A stretch of DNA of 32,000 bases from Candidatus Saccharimonadota bacterium (GTDB taxonomy: Bacteria > Patescibacteriota > Gracilibacteria > BD1-5 > UBA6164), in NCBI GenBank assembly GCA_965227835.1, contig OZ245768.1:630001-662000 (forward strand), written 5' to 3'. How positions within the stretch are numbered: the first letter of the stretch is position 1; each line of letters begins with the position of its first letter. A program made the position numbers and the translations under genes. Positions 9,208 to 18,875 of the stretch are shown one piece after another. Under the pieces are notes generated by a model, which was given only the letters and a program-made list of their open reading frames with translations, was not told where the DNA came from and ran no database searches.

Positions 9208-10047
9208 TTATAGTTTACCAAATATATTTTTAAGATGAAATAATATAGATTGTCCAGGTAATTCTATTTCATCATTAAGGATACCATCTAACTTTTCGTC
9301 ATTTACATTTCAATTAACCAAATCATCTCATAATATCCTTAATTTTGCCCTATATCTAAGTAAATTTTCCCCATTATATACAGAAACATAATCTTGATAA
9401 TGACTACGAACACTATAATAAGTAACTATTTTGGTGTAATATTTTTTTGGAGTATTTTTTAATATTATTCTTATTTTATTAATGGTCATTCATTCATTTG
9501 CTAAAATCCTTCATCAAATAGCCCTTATCACCCAATTCTCTAAATTTGATATTTCTTCAATTTTTCTATAAGTCATTCAATCACTTACCAAATTTTCTCA
9601 TCATATATCTCTTATATTTTCAGCACTTAAATTTTTTGCTATAAAATATATTTTATCAGGATTTAAATATTCAAAATAATCCATTAATAGTTTTCTTTTT
9701 TCAACATTTATTAAATTCAAAAATACCATGTTAGCAGATTCAAGTATAGTTATTTTAGAACTATCTGACAATTTATAATCAAGATCTGACCAATTAAATT
9801 CTGGATACTTAGCATAGCAAGGATAGTCAAAACAGTTTCCAGGTACTTCTTTATCAAAATTTAAATTCTTTCTAAAAGAATCATTAAAAGCTAAGCCAAC
9901 TTTAAAATACCTTATAGCACTTTTTATATCTACTTTTTTGTCATCAGTATGTAATTTTTTGTTATGAGAAACAATATATTTAATTATTTCTTCAGTTAGA
10001 CTTCAAAATTGTTCTTGAGGTTCTAATTCAGATTTAATTGCGTTCAT
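9208..10047 (-). CDS. Hypothetical protein, 279 aa, with internal repeats of about 25 aa
   Basis: The frame is open under table 25 from ATG at 10047 to TAA at 9208-9210. The repeats are NIRDIGGENLVSDGMTYRKIEEI / AIGGRILANEGMTINKIRII / RILGDDLVNGNVNDEKLDGI. I recognised no family. Confidence 0.65.
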
Positions 10048-10072
10048 ATTTATAAAAAAATTAAATAATAAT

Positions 10073-10154
10073 AAATTTTGCAAACGATTATAAGTATAAT
10101 AGTATATTTGTCAAATAAATTTTATATATTCCCTTTTTATAGCTAATCAAGTAC
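10073..10154. repeat. Copy B of the duplicated promoter/upstream module
   Basis: See 8841-8923. Confidence 0.7.
10087..10114 (-). promoter_or_regulatory. Promoter TTGACA-16-TATAAT (minus strand)
   Basis: The -35 is the reverse complement of 10109-10114 and the -10 is the reverse complement of 10087-10092. It is part of the duplicated module. Confidence 0.6.
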
Positions 10155-10261
10155 TATTTTAAAATATATTATAAAACAAGAAAACAATTTATTTTGTAAA
10201 AATAAATTAAAAAAATATAATGGAAAAGCTTGATATAATATATTATAACAAAAAGTAAATT

Positions 10262-11221
10262 ATGAAACAATATCTAGAACAATTAGAACAAATAAAAGAC
10301 AATTGAGAGCTAAGAGATGATAGAACAGGCACAGGAGTTAGATCAATTTTTTGAATGCAAGCAAAATATAATTTAAAAGAAGGATTTCCTCTAGTTACTA
10401 CAAAAAAGACATTTCTAAGAATAATAATTATTGAACTTTTATGGATTATAAGATGAGATACAAATATAAAATATCTAGTAGACAGAAATTGTCATATATG
10501 GGATGAATGGCCATTCCAAAACTGGTTAGAGAATAGTGGTGAGAAAAAACCTAGGGATTACCCTACTTATTCTGAGAAACGGAATTACTTAAAAAAAGAA
10601 TTCATAGATAAAATAAAATATTCTTCTCCAGAAGATCCATTTGTAAAAAAATGGTGAGAATTATGACCAGTATATTGACATCAATGGAGAAATTTTAATT
10701 GAGATAAAAATGTTTTAGAAGACACTAAAGATAGAGTAGATCAACTATTAAATGCTGTAAATGAAATAAAAAATAATCCTCAAAGCAGAAGAATAATAAT
10801 ATCTTCTTGGAACCCCAAACAAATAGAAGATATGCTACTACCCCCTTGTCATGCATTTTTCCAATTCAATGTAAATACAAAAAATAAAACACTTGATCTA
10901 CAACTTTATCAGAGAAGTGCAGATATGTTTTTAGGTGTTCCTTTCAACATAGCATCATATTCAGCTCTATTAATTCTAATATCAAAAATAACTGAACTGA
11001 CACCATGAACATTTACACATACTTTGGGGGATGCACATATATATAATAATCATATAAAACAAGTAGAAGAACAACTGAAAAATGAACCTTTTCCATTACC
11101 TGAACTTAAAATAAATAAAAAAATAAAAAGTCTTGAAGATATAGAAAATCTAGAATGGGAAGATTTTGAATTATTAAACTATAAATCTCATTGAGTTATA
11201 AAAGCACCAGTAGCAGTATAA
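10262..11221 (+). CDS. thyA: Thymidylate synthase ThyA, 319 aa
   Basis: [31 protein letters not shown]...[10 protein letters not shown]...[12 protein letters not shown]...[26 protein letters not shown]...DAHIYNNH. I counted 9 in-frame TGA by hand. Confidence 0.95.
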
Positions 11222-11240
11222 AATAAATACATTTTAAAAA

Positions 11241-11774
11241 ATGAAAAAATTTAGCATAATATTTGCATGTGATAGTAAGAACTGAATATGAAAAAATGGA
11301 GACTTACCATGGTCAATTAAAGAAGATTTGAAATATTTTAAAAGTATCACAAGTAATTCTATAGAAGGCAAAAAAAATGCTTTGATAATGTGAATAAAAA
11401 CTTGGGAATCTATCCCTGAAATATATAAACCTTTATCAGAAAGAATAAATTGTATACTATCAAGAAGTCATAGTTTTGAAGATAAAAACTGAGAAGTTAG
11501 AAGATTTAGTAGTTTTGAATCTGCAATGCAAAATCTAAGTTTGGATGATGATATAAATAAAATATTTGTTGTAGGATGAGCTTATTTATATAACAAGGTA
11601 TTTCTTGATAAAAATCTAGAATATATATACAAGACGAATGTAGCAGGAGATTTTGGTTGTGATGTATTTGTAAATAATATACCAAAAGAATTTATTTTAG
11701 AAAAAAAATCTGAGATAAAAAACGAAAATGAGTTGGAATTCAATTTTGAAATATATAAAAAAACTCTTTCTTAA
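11241..11774 (+). CDS. folA: Dihydrofolate reductase, 177 aa
   Basis: MKKFSIIFACDSKNGIGKNGDLPWSIKEDLKYFKSIT...ALIMGIKTWESIP...VVGGAYLY. It lies immediately downstream of thyA. Confidence 0.9.
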
Positions 11775-11785
11775 AAAGAAAGAGT
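11763..11785 (-). terminator. Hairpin actctttctt/aagaaagagt. A U-run follows only on the minus strand.
   Basis: On the minus strand the stem is followed by ttttttt. On the plus strand it is followed by aaatcaag. It overlaps the folA stop codon. An identical copy lies at 12259-12281. Confidence 0.65.
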
Positions 11786-11863
11786 AAATCAAGTTTAAGT
11801 ATTCTTGTGTCTATATGTGATTTACAATGGCTACACTTTGGAAATCATATATAGATAAAACAA

Positions 11864-11953
11864 TTAACTTAGTGAAAATTGCCAGAACCTTTCTAAGGAA
11901 TAAACTTGAAAATCCCCCCTTTTTATTTGATAGTTCTCATTGACACCTATCAT
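11864..11953 (-). CDS. Candidate 29-aa small ORF (MIGVNENYQIKRGDFQVYSLERFWQFSLS), copy 1
   Basis: An AGGAG lies 6 nt upstream of the ATG. The ORF sits inside a promoter-to-terminator unit and is identical in both duplicate copies. It contains no TGA. It could equally be part of a noncoding RNA. Confidence 0.3.
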   Translation of the reverse strand: MIGVNENYQIKRGDFQVYSLERFWQFSLS

Positions 11954-12055
11954 CCTAGACTCCTAATGAATGGACTAAATCCAAGGTTGCTGGAAGTCTA
12001 GGCAGAAAAACTCAGAAGAGATAACTAAGCCGGAGTACCACAACAACCAATTTAA

Positions 12056-12083
12056 AATATAAAAATACATTGATTTTTGTCAA
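12056..12083 (-). promoter_or_regulatory. Promoter TTGACA-16-TATATT (minus strand) driving the repeat-encoded unit, copy 1
   Basis: The -35 is the reverse complement of 12078-12083 and the -10 is the reverse complement of 12056-12061. Confidence 0.55.
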
Positions 12084-12102
12084 ATAAATTTGGTTCAAAT
12101 TT

Positions 12103-12176
12103 ATTATCTGTACTAGTAGATAGGTACTATTATTTATTGATATGAAATTGTATAAAAAATAAGATAAGGATATAAC
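12103..12176 (+). mobile_element. Solo-end remnant of the IS481-like element
   Basis: attatctgtactagtagataggtactattatttattgatatgaaattgtataaaaaataagataaggatataa aligns with the reverse complement of 3209-3282, which is the right end of the intact copy. There are a few substitutions and one small indel. Confidence 0.7.
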
Positions 12177-12358
12177 ACATATTGTACATATGTACACGGA
12201 GAATGACTTAGAAAAAATCCAAGATGAGTTAAAATTCAATCTTGAAATATACAAAAAAACTCTTTCTTAAAAAGAAAGAGTAAGTCAAGTTTAAGGATTC
12301 TTATGTCTATATATGACTTACAATGGCTACGCTTTGGAAATCATAATAGATAAAACAA

Positions 12359-12448
12359 TTAACTTAGTGAAAATTGCCAGAACCTTTCTAAGGAATAAAC
12401 TTGAAAATCCCCCCTTTTTATTTGATAGTTCTCATTGACACCTATCAT
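12359..12448 (-). CDS. Candidate 29-aa small ORF, copy 2 (identical peptide)
   Basis: Same as 11864-11953. The terminator copy is at 12259-12281. Confidence 0.3.
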   Translation of the reverse strand: MIGVNENYQIKRGDFQVYSLERFWQFSLS

Positions 12449-12549
12449 CCTAGACTCCTTGACGGATTGGCTCAAAACCAGGGTTGTTGGGAATCTAGGA
12501 AGAAAAAACTCAGAAGAGATAACTAAGCAACAATCAACAACCTAACTAG

Positions 12550-12577
12550 AATATAGTAAAATATTAATTTTTGTCAA
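12550..12577 (-). promoter_or_regulatory. Promoter TTGACA-16-TATATT (minus strand), copy 2
   Basis: The -35 is the reverse complement of 12572-12577 and the -10 is the reverse complement of 12550-12555. Confidence 0.55.
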
Positions 12578-12585
12578 AAAAATTT

Positions 12586-13251
12586 ATGAATAAATTTGAA
12601 GAAACATTTTTTAAAAAATATATACCACAAGACAGTGAAATAATTCAAGTATTTCATAAACATTTTATAAAAGTAGCTGATAGCTTGGTATTTATAATAT
12701 GAATTTGAGTGATTATACCTGTTTTTTTGTATTATAATTCTTATTTATTTCAAAAATATATAAATTTCTTATACTTAGAAATATATTTAATTTTTGTTTA
12801 TATATTAACTATTTATAAACTATTTGATTGGTACAATGATGTTCTAATATTGAGTAAAGATTCTATAACAAAACTAAAATGGTCTCTTTTTAAAAATAGT
12901 GTGGAAAATGTAGATTTAAAATATATAGAATGAATTGAGATAAACAAAAAAAATATTTGGGATAAGGTTTTTAGAAAATGAGATATAATGATTTTGAAAT
13001 TTTGAGATGAAGAGCTAGTATTTGAAGAAGCAAGTAATCCATATAAAGTTTTAAATGAGATAGAGAAATCTGTTAATTATATCAAGTCAAGTCTAGATAA
13101 AACAAAGTTTGACTTGATGATGGATACTTTAGGTTGAATAGTAGAAGATTATTTATGAAAAGAAAAAGAAGATAAAGATTTGAAAGAAAAGGAGAAAGAA
13201 AATATTTTGAAAAATGTAGAGGAAAAAGATTCTACGATAGACCTTAGATAA
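12586..13251 (+). CDS. Hypothetical membrane protein, 221 aa (two TM helices followed by a soluble domain and an acidic/lysine-rich tail)
   Basis: Table-25 ORF: MNKFEETFFKKYIPQDSEIIQVFHKHFIKVADSLVFIIGIGVIIPVFLYY... Track ORF 12709..12933 is an internal fragment. The topology resembles bPH/YdbT-like membrane proteins, but that assignment is weak. Confidence 0.65.
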
Positions 13252-13253
13252 AT

Positions 13254-15080
13254 ATGAAAAAATTAGAAAAGATTTTATCCACACTCCCAAACTCAGCTGG
13301 TATATACCAGTTTTTTAATATTGAAAAAAAAATAATATATATATGAAAATCTGTTAATTTAAAAAGTAGAGTGAATTCTTATTTTAATTGAACAAAAAAC
13401 TTAAATTTTGCAAAAAAACAGATGGTAAGTGAGATAAGAGATATAAAATATATAATGGTTGAAAACGAAAATGAAAGTCTAATTTTAGAATCAAATTTGA
13501 TTAAAAAAAATCTTCCAAAATATAATATTTTGATGAAAGATGGTAAGAATTATGTTTATATAAAAATAACAAATTCCAAATTTCCAAAAATAATAAAAAC
13601 TAGAAAATGACCTTGTGATGAGATAACTTGAAAAGAGAAAAAAGAAATTTTTTTCTGACCTTATATATCAAATACAGATGTAGATAATATACTAAAAGTT
13701 CTAAAAAAAGTTTTTTGATATGGTGTAGGACAAAATAGTTTTTTTAACTCAAAAAGAAGCTATAATCTAGATAAATATTTATTTCCAAGTAAAAGATCAT
13801 CAGGTATAGATGAACAGAAGGTGTATTTTAACAATCTTGAAAAAATAAAAAAATTTTTGAGATGAGAATACAAAGAAACTATAAAAGAACTTGAAGAAAA
13901 AATGTTAAGATTTGCAAAAAATCAAGAATTTGAGAGAGCAGATATTTTAAAAAAGCAAATACAAAGTATAGAAGTATTGAATCAAAAACATATAGTAAGA
14001 GAATGAATAATATGAGATTTTGATGTAATAAGTTATTTAGAGAAATTTGATAAAATTTTTTTGTGAAAAATAGAAATAAGAGATAGTAAAATAATATGAT
14101 TTTATCCATATGAAGTAGAAAATAATTTATCCCAAAATATAGAGGAAATATTAAAAGATTTTGTAAAAAAATCTTTTGTGGAAAATATACTGATAGCAAA
14201 AAAAAATAAAATACCACAAATTATAATTTCAAAACAAATAGAAATAGATGAAGAAACTTTTAATAAATTGGATATAGCAGTACCTCAAAAATGACTTAAA
14301 CTAGACTTAATTAAGATGTGTTACAAAAATACATATGAATTTGCTTACAAAAAACATATAGATTCTTTAAGCACAAAAAGTTTTAGTAAAGCAACTATGA
14401 AAAATATACTTTTTAAACTTAACTTTGTAAGAATAAATAAAAATATAGTTTTTGAATGCAATGATATATCTCATTTATCTGGAACTCATACAGTAGCTTC
14501 TCGTAGTGTAATAGAAAATTGAAAAACAGCCAATAGCAAATATAGAAAATATAGAATAAAAAGCTTGAAAGATAAAGAAATAAATGATTTTGATTCTATG
14601 AGAGAGCTAATATCAAGAAGACTTATTGAATTAGAAAAAACTTGAGATATTCCGGATTTAATAGTAATAGATTGATGAAAACCTCAACTAAGTAGTGTAT
14701 ATGAAGAACTAAATAAATCAGAACTTAAAGATAAAATTCAAATAGTATCAATAGCAAAAAAAGAAGAAATACTATATACTTTGAAAGATTGAAATTATAG
14801 CGAGTTAATACTTGATAAAAATAGCCCCGAACTTAGACTTTTACAAAAAATAAGAGATGAAGCTCATAGGTTTGCTATATCTTTTAACAGAGAATCCAGA
14901 AATAAAGCAATGAAAAAAAATATTTTAGAAAGTTTACCAGGGATTTGAATAAAAACTAGAAAAAAAATATTGAAAGAGTTTGGAAGTATAGAAAATTTGG
15001 CAAAACAAGAAAAAGAATATCTAGAATCTAAACTAAATAAAAATATTATAAATATATTAGAAGAACATGGGATAATTTAA
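13254..15080 (+). CDS. uvrC: Excinuclease ABC subunit C (UvrC), 608 aa
   Basis: The GIY-YIG N-terminus reads [30 protein letters not shown]...[29 protein letters not shown]. The UVR region is FEEAAxLRD-like ([14 protein letters not shown]). A C-terminal HhH region is present. Track ORFs 13422..13610 and 14316..14522 are in-frame fragments. Confidence 0.93.
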
Positions 15081-15290
15081 GAAGATTTAAGAAATGCGTT
15101 AAAATTAACATTTTGCAGAAGAAATAACTTTATAATTTAAATTTTTTATAAACATCAAACTATTGAATATGACAAGAAAAAAATAATTTTGATAAAATAT
15201 ACACTTTAAAAAGATATTCCAAAATAAATATATTTGAAATAATGAAAAAATTGTGTAAATTAATCAAAAATTAATAATTAAATATAAAAT

Positions 15291-15815
15291 ATGGATATAA
15301 TAAAGAAATATAAAAAACAAAAGAAAGTCAAAACCATAAGTATAGTTTTAACAAGTTTGATGATAGCTGTTTCTATAAATTTCTTTTTATTTTATGAAGA
15401 TTCTATAACTGATAATATAAAAGCAAACATATTAGAATCTGAAAAAAAACAAAATATTTGAGATATATTTTTAGAAGAAAACCAAAACTGAAGTATAATT
15501 TTGAAATCAAACAAAGAAATTATAAATATAAAAAATATAAATTTATCAATAGTTTATAATCCAGAAAATATAGATATAAACAATGTTTCAACAAAAATAG
15601 ATTGAGAAATATCAAATATATCAAATACAAAATGAATAAACACTATAATTATACAAAGCTCTAAATATTATAATGTAAAACCAGGCCAAGATATAGTTGA
15701 AATAAATTTAGATAAGAAAAATGAAACAAGTGAAAATATAAATATAATAAATGCAAACTTTACTGATATGAATGATGATACTTTTGAACTACAATCTAGT
15801 TGAATAGTTTATTAA
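15291..15815 (+). CDS. Hypothetical N-terminally membrane-anchored protein, 174 aa
   Basis: MDIIKKYKKQKKVKTISIVLTSLMIAVSINFFLF... followed by an Asn/Ile-rich soluble part. The frame is open under table 25 with several TGA. Confidence 0.6.
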
Positions 15816-15824
15816 GAAGAGTAT

Positions 15825-16652
15825 ATGATTTTTGATACTCACTGCCATCCAAACCTAGCAATACAAAAAGATAAAACAGAAGTTATAAAAAACTTTTTGG
15901 AAGAAAATCCAAAAGGTTTTTTAAATATGATTTGAACAAATATAAAACAAAACATAGAAATATTAAAACTATCTAAAATATCTAATAGAATATATTGCTG
16001 TCTAGGCATACATCCTTGTGATTCTCTAAGATCCGATTTAAAAAAAGATACCTTAGAATTAGAAAAACAATTGATAGGAAACAAGGAAAAAGTAATTGGT
16101 ATTTGAGAATGTGGACTTGATTATTACTGGATTGAAAGAGAAATTTATGATTTATTATGAGATGAGTTAAAAGAAAAGAAACAAGAAAAAAAAGAAATTC
16201 AAAAAAAATTTTTTGAATCACAAATAGATTTAGCTTTAAAATATGATCTTCCTTTAGTCATTCATAATAGAGAATCAAAAGATGATATATTTGAAATTTT
16301 AGTAAAAAAAGATTTTAAAAACTTCGTATTTCATTGCTATAGTGAAGATTTAGAATTTGCAAAAAAATTGCTTGAATTTTCACCAAAATCTATGATAGGA
16401 TTTTCGTGAATTGCTACATTTAAAAATGCCTTAGAGATAAAAGAAACTGCCAAAAATATACCTTTAAAAAATATTATGATCGAAACAGATAGCCCTTATC
16501 TAACACCCTCACCTTTTAGATGAAAGCAAGAAAATGAACCTAAATTTGTAAAATATGTTTTAGAAGAAATTATAAATCTTAGAAATGAAGAACCAGAGGA
16601 AGTTAGAAAAGTTATCTTTGACAATAGTAAAAATTTTTTTAACCTAAAATAG
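15825..16652 (+). CDS. tatD: TatD-family metal-dependent hydrolase/DNase, 275 aa
   Basis: MIFDTHCHPN...IGIGECGLDYYW...LPLVIHNRES...FHCYSED...METDSPYLTP. Confidence 0.88.
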
Positions 16653-16680
16653 CTTAAAATACTTATATTAAATATAAAAA

Positions 16681-17490
16681 ATGAAAATAATATCATGGAA
16701 TGTAAATTGAATAAGAGCTGTTGCTAAAAAGTGATTTGTAGATTTTGTAGATTCTGAAAAACCTGATATATTGGCTATACAAGAAACAAAAGCTTTTGAA
16801 GAACAGTTTTTAAATGAAGTATGAAATCTAGAATGATATAAATATATATGGCATATTGGGGAAAGACCTTGATATGCTTGAACTGCTATTTTTTACAAAG
16901 AGGATTTAGATATGATAGAAGTAAAAAATAGATTTTGAGAAATAGAGTCATTTCACGAAGATTGAAGGTTAACACAAATTGAATTTTATTACAAGGATGA
17001 AAATTGAAATAAAAAAAATGTAGTTTTGATAAATTGATATTTCCCAAATTGATGAACTAGAGCTGATGGAACAGAAATGGTTAGTTATAAACTAAATTTT
17101 TACAATAAAATAATCAAATATACAAGAGATTTAAAGAAACAAGAGAAACAAGTAATAATAACATGAGATTTAAATATATGTCATAGAGAAATAGATATAG
17201 CAAGACCAAAAGAAAATGAGAATTCTATATGATTTCTACCGATAGAAAGAGAAAAAATATGAGAACTTATTGATGATTGAAACCTAGATGTGTATAGAAA
17301 TTTTTATCCAGATAAGAAAGATGTTTATTCTTGGTGGAGTTATAGAGCTGGGGCAAGACCTAGAAATATATGATGGAGAATTGATTATTTTTTAGTAAAC
17401 AGAGATTTTATACAATGTGTGGAGTGAATATATTATATGAATGAAGTAATGGGTAGTGATCATTGTCCAGTTAAACTGGAAATTAGGTAA
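16681..17490 (+). CDS. xth: Exodeoxyribonuclease III (AP endonuclease), 269 aa
   Basis: [19 protein letters not shown]...[10 protein letters not shown]...[14 protein letters not shown]...[23 protein letters not shown]...GSDHCPV. Confidence 0.92.
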
Positions 17491-17500
17491 GATTTAGTAT

Positions 17501-17535
17501 AAAAAATATGGTGATATTGCTATCACCATATTTTT
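17501..17535. terminator. Bidirectional intrinsic terminator between xth and the first cassette gene
   Basis: aaatatggtgata-ttgc-tatcaccatattt, with A-runs and T-runs on both sides. Confidence 0.75.
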
Positions 17536-17548
17536 AAAGAAGAATAGA

Positions 17549-17773
17549 CTATTCGCTAGGTGGTTTCAACATTGATTGCGAATATGAATAAACATAATAA
17601 CCAGGGGCAGGGCCAGAAAAAGGATCCACATATTCTTTATATTTATGTTTAACTTGATGTCCTCCCAAAAGAGAATAACCTTGACTTAATTTTTCATTGA
17701 CTGAATCTGAAAGTTCTTTTAAGCTTTTTCCAGTTACTATTACATATCTATCTTCTACCACTTTACCACACAT
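17549..17773 (-). CDS. Small DUF1737-like protein, 74 aa (cassette 1)
   Basis: MCGKVVEDRYVIVTGKSLKELSDSVNEKLSQGYSLLGGHQV... The pattern Y.vv...s..eL...Vn..l.qGy...GG is what I recall for DUF1737. An AAGGAG Shine-Dalgarno site is present. There are 7 Gly, none TGA. The stop is TAG. Confidence 0.7.
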   Translation of the reverse strand: MCGKVVEDRYVIVTGKSLKELSDSVNEKLSQGYSLLGGHQVKHKYKEYVDPFSGPAPGYYVYSYSQSMLKPPSE

Positions 17774-17855
17774 AATAAAATTACTCCTTGTTTTTTAAAA
17801 AAATTAACTTTTGTTTTGAAACTAAATAGTATAAAAACTATTTTGTTCAATAGTT

Positions 17856-17883
17856 ACTATAATTTATTTTTTAATTTTGTCAA
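17856..17883 (-). promoter_or_regulatory. Promoter TTGACA-16-TATAGT (minus strand) of cassette 1
   Basis: The -35 is the reverse complement of 17878-17883 and the -10 is the reverse complement of 17856-17861. Confidence 0.6.
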
Positions 17884-17961
17884 AAAATATTTTGACTTTT
17901 TTATATTTTAAAACTTAAAAGTTTGATTAAAATCGGCTAATATTTAAATAGTTTAAAAAAG

Positions 17962-17994
17962 AAAAACCGTCGGAATTTATTTCCGACGGTTTTT
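17962..17994. terminator. Palindromic intrinsic terminator (accgtcggaa/ttccgacggt) downstream of cassette 2
   Basis: A 10-bp GC-rich stem flanked by an A-run and a T-run. It could work in both orientations. Confidence 0.8.
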
Positions 17995-18029
17995 GTGTAG
18001 AATATTTTTTGGAAAATTTATAAAGTAGG

Positions 18030-18245
18030 TTATTTACTAGGTGGTTTCCACAATGTTTGTGATAATTGAGTTCCATAAAAATCACCTTCAGAACCGAGTT
18101 TACAAACACCATATCCTGAAATATTTTGTACTCCACCTGACGGAACATAGCCTTCTTGTATTTTCCGATCTACTTCCTCAATAAGCTCATTAAGTTTAGA
18201 TGAAGTTATCACTATGAAACTTTTTTCTACTACTTTACCACACAT
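18030..18245 (-). CDS. Small DUF1737-like protein, 71 aa (cassette 2, divergent paralog)
   Basis: MCGKVVEKSFIVITSSKLNELIEEVDRKIQEGYVPSGGVQN...LWKPPSK. It shares only the first 7 residues (MCGKVVE) and the last residues (KPPS) plus the core motif with cassette 1. There are 9 Gly, none TGA. Confidence 0.7.
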   Translation of the reverse strand: MCGKVVEKSFIVITSSKLNELIEEVDRKIQEGYVPSGGVQNISGYGVCKLGSEGDFYGTQLSQTLWKPPSK

Positions 18246-18328
18246 AATAAAATTACTCCTTGTTTTTTTAAAAAATTAACTTTTGTTTTGAAACTAAATA
18301 GTATAAATACTACTTTTGTTCAATAGTT

Positions 18329-18356
18329 ACTATAATTTATTTTTTAATTTTGTCAA
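18329..18356 (-). promoter_or_regulatory. Promoter TTGACA-16-TATAGT (minus strand) of cassette 2
   Basis: The -35 is the reverse complement of 18351-18356 and the -10 is the reverse complement of 18329-18334. Confidence 0.6.
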
Positions 18357-18433
18357 AAAATATTTTGACTTTTTTATATTTTAAAACTTAAAAGTTTGAT
18401 TAAAATCGGCTAATATTTAAATAGTTTAAAAAA

Positions 18434-18467
18434 GAAAAACCGTCGGAATTTATTTCCGACGGTTTTT
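18434..18467. terminator. Second copy of the palindromic terminator. It overlaps the 3' end of cassette 3.
   Basis: The same accgtcggaa/ttccgacggt hairpin. The TAA stop of the 102-aa ORF (18450-18452) lies in its loop. Confidence 0.8.
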
Positions 18468-18758
18468 GTGTAGAATATTTTTTGGAAAATTTATATTGTT
18501 AAGAATGTTCCAGAATTCTGTCAACTCCTCATCTGATAGAGGCATATGATTAGTAGACACTTCCTGAGGACTAGAGTCTACAGAGTTTTCTATATTTATA
18601 CCAATAGGACCTTCTTCCTGCATATAAATATAAGAATTGGTTTTAACAATTAATGCAAGGTGTTCCAGTTTAGAAACACATTGTAGAACTCCTCCAAATC
18701 TCATCATATAGGATAATTCTCGATTACCTGAAATTTTCCAAATTTTAATTTTATCCAA
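18450..18758 (-). CDS. Hypothetical protein, 102 aa (cassette 3), TTG start
   Basis: AGGAGG lies 6 nt upstream of TTG at 18758. There are 5 Gly, none TGA. The last 14 codons are contributed by the repeated module. I recognised no family. Confidence 0.6.
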   Translation of the reverse strand: MDKIKIWKISGNRELSYMMRFGGVLQCVSKLEHLALIVKTNSYIYMQEEGPIGINIENSVDSSPQEVSTNHMPLSDEELTEFWNILNNINFPKNILHKNRRK

Positions 18759-18847
18759 TTTAAACCTCCTAAGGTCTTAAAAAAAAGATATTAACTATAC
18801 TTTACCATTTAAGCTAAAAAATAACATAAAAGTAAAATATATTAGAT

Positions 18848-18875
18848 ATTATAATACAATAAATTATTTTGTCAA
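18848..18875 (-). promoter_or_regulatory. Promoter TTGACA-16-TATAAT (minus strand) of cassette 3
   Basis: The -35 is the reverse complement of 18870-18875 and the -10 is the reverse complement of 18848-18853. Confidence 0.6.

Larger units (their letters stand above)
11697..12100. repeat. Copy 1 of a tandem duplication of about 390 bp (folA 3' end plus a convergent small transcription unit)
   Basis: It aligns with 12205-12600 at roughly 90% identity, with a central block of about 130 nt that is 100% identical (about 11852-11963 against 12347-12458). The edges diverge. Confidence 0.8.
12205..12600. repeat. Copy 2 of the tandem duplication. It retains a relic of the folA C-terminus.
   Basis: 12222-12270 reads ...DELKFNLEIYKKTLS*, against the folA end ...NELEFNFEIYKKTLS*. 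Confidence 0.8.
17774..18022. repeat. Copy 1 of a 250-bp intergenic module (5'UTR, promoter, boundary motif and terminator)
   Basis: About 97% identical by eye to 18246-18495. Confidence 0.9.
18246..18495. repeat. Copy 2 of the 250-bp intergenic module
   Basis: See 17774-18022. Confidence 0.9.

Noticed and set aside
11775-12050. Identity of the duplicated unit of about 290 nt as RNase P RNA, tmRNA, 6S or SRP RNA
   Set aside because: I could not find the RNase P GAGGAAAGUCC / ACAGAA..GGCUUA pair in the right order. The CGGCUUA-like string is present in copy 1 only. There is no tRNA-like T-arm, CCA end or tag ORF for tmRNA, and no SRP GGAA/AGCA motif. It is left as unclassified.
12012-12254. 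Track ORF of 80 aa on the minus strand spanning the IS remnant
   Set aside because: It runs across the junction of the repeat copy, the IS fragment and the folA relic, and has junk-like sequence. It is not conserved between the two repeat copies.
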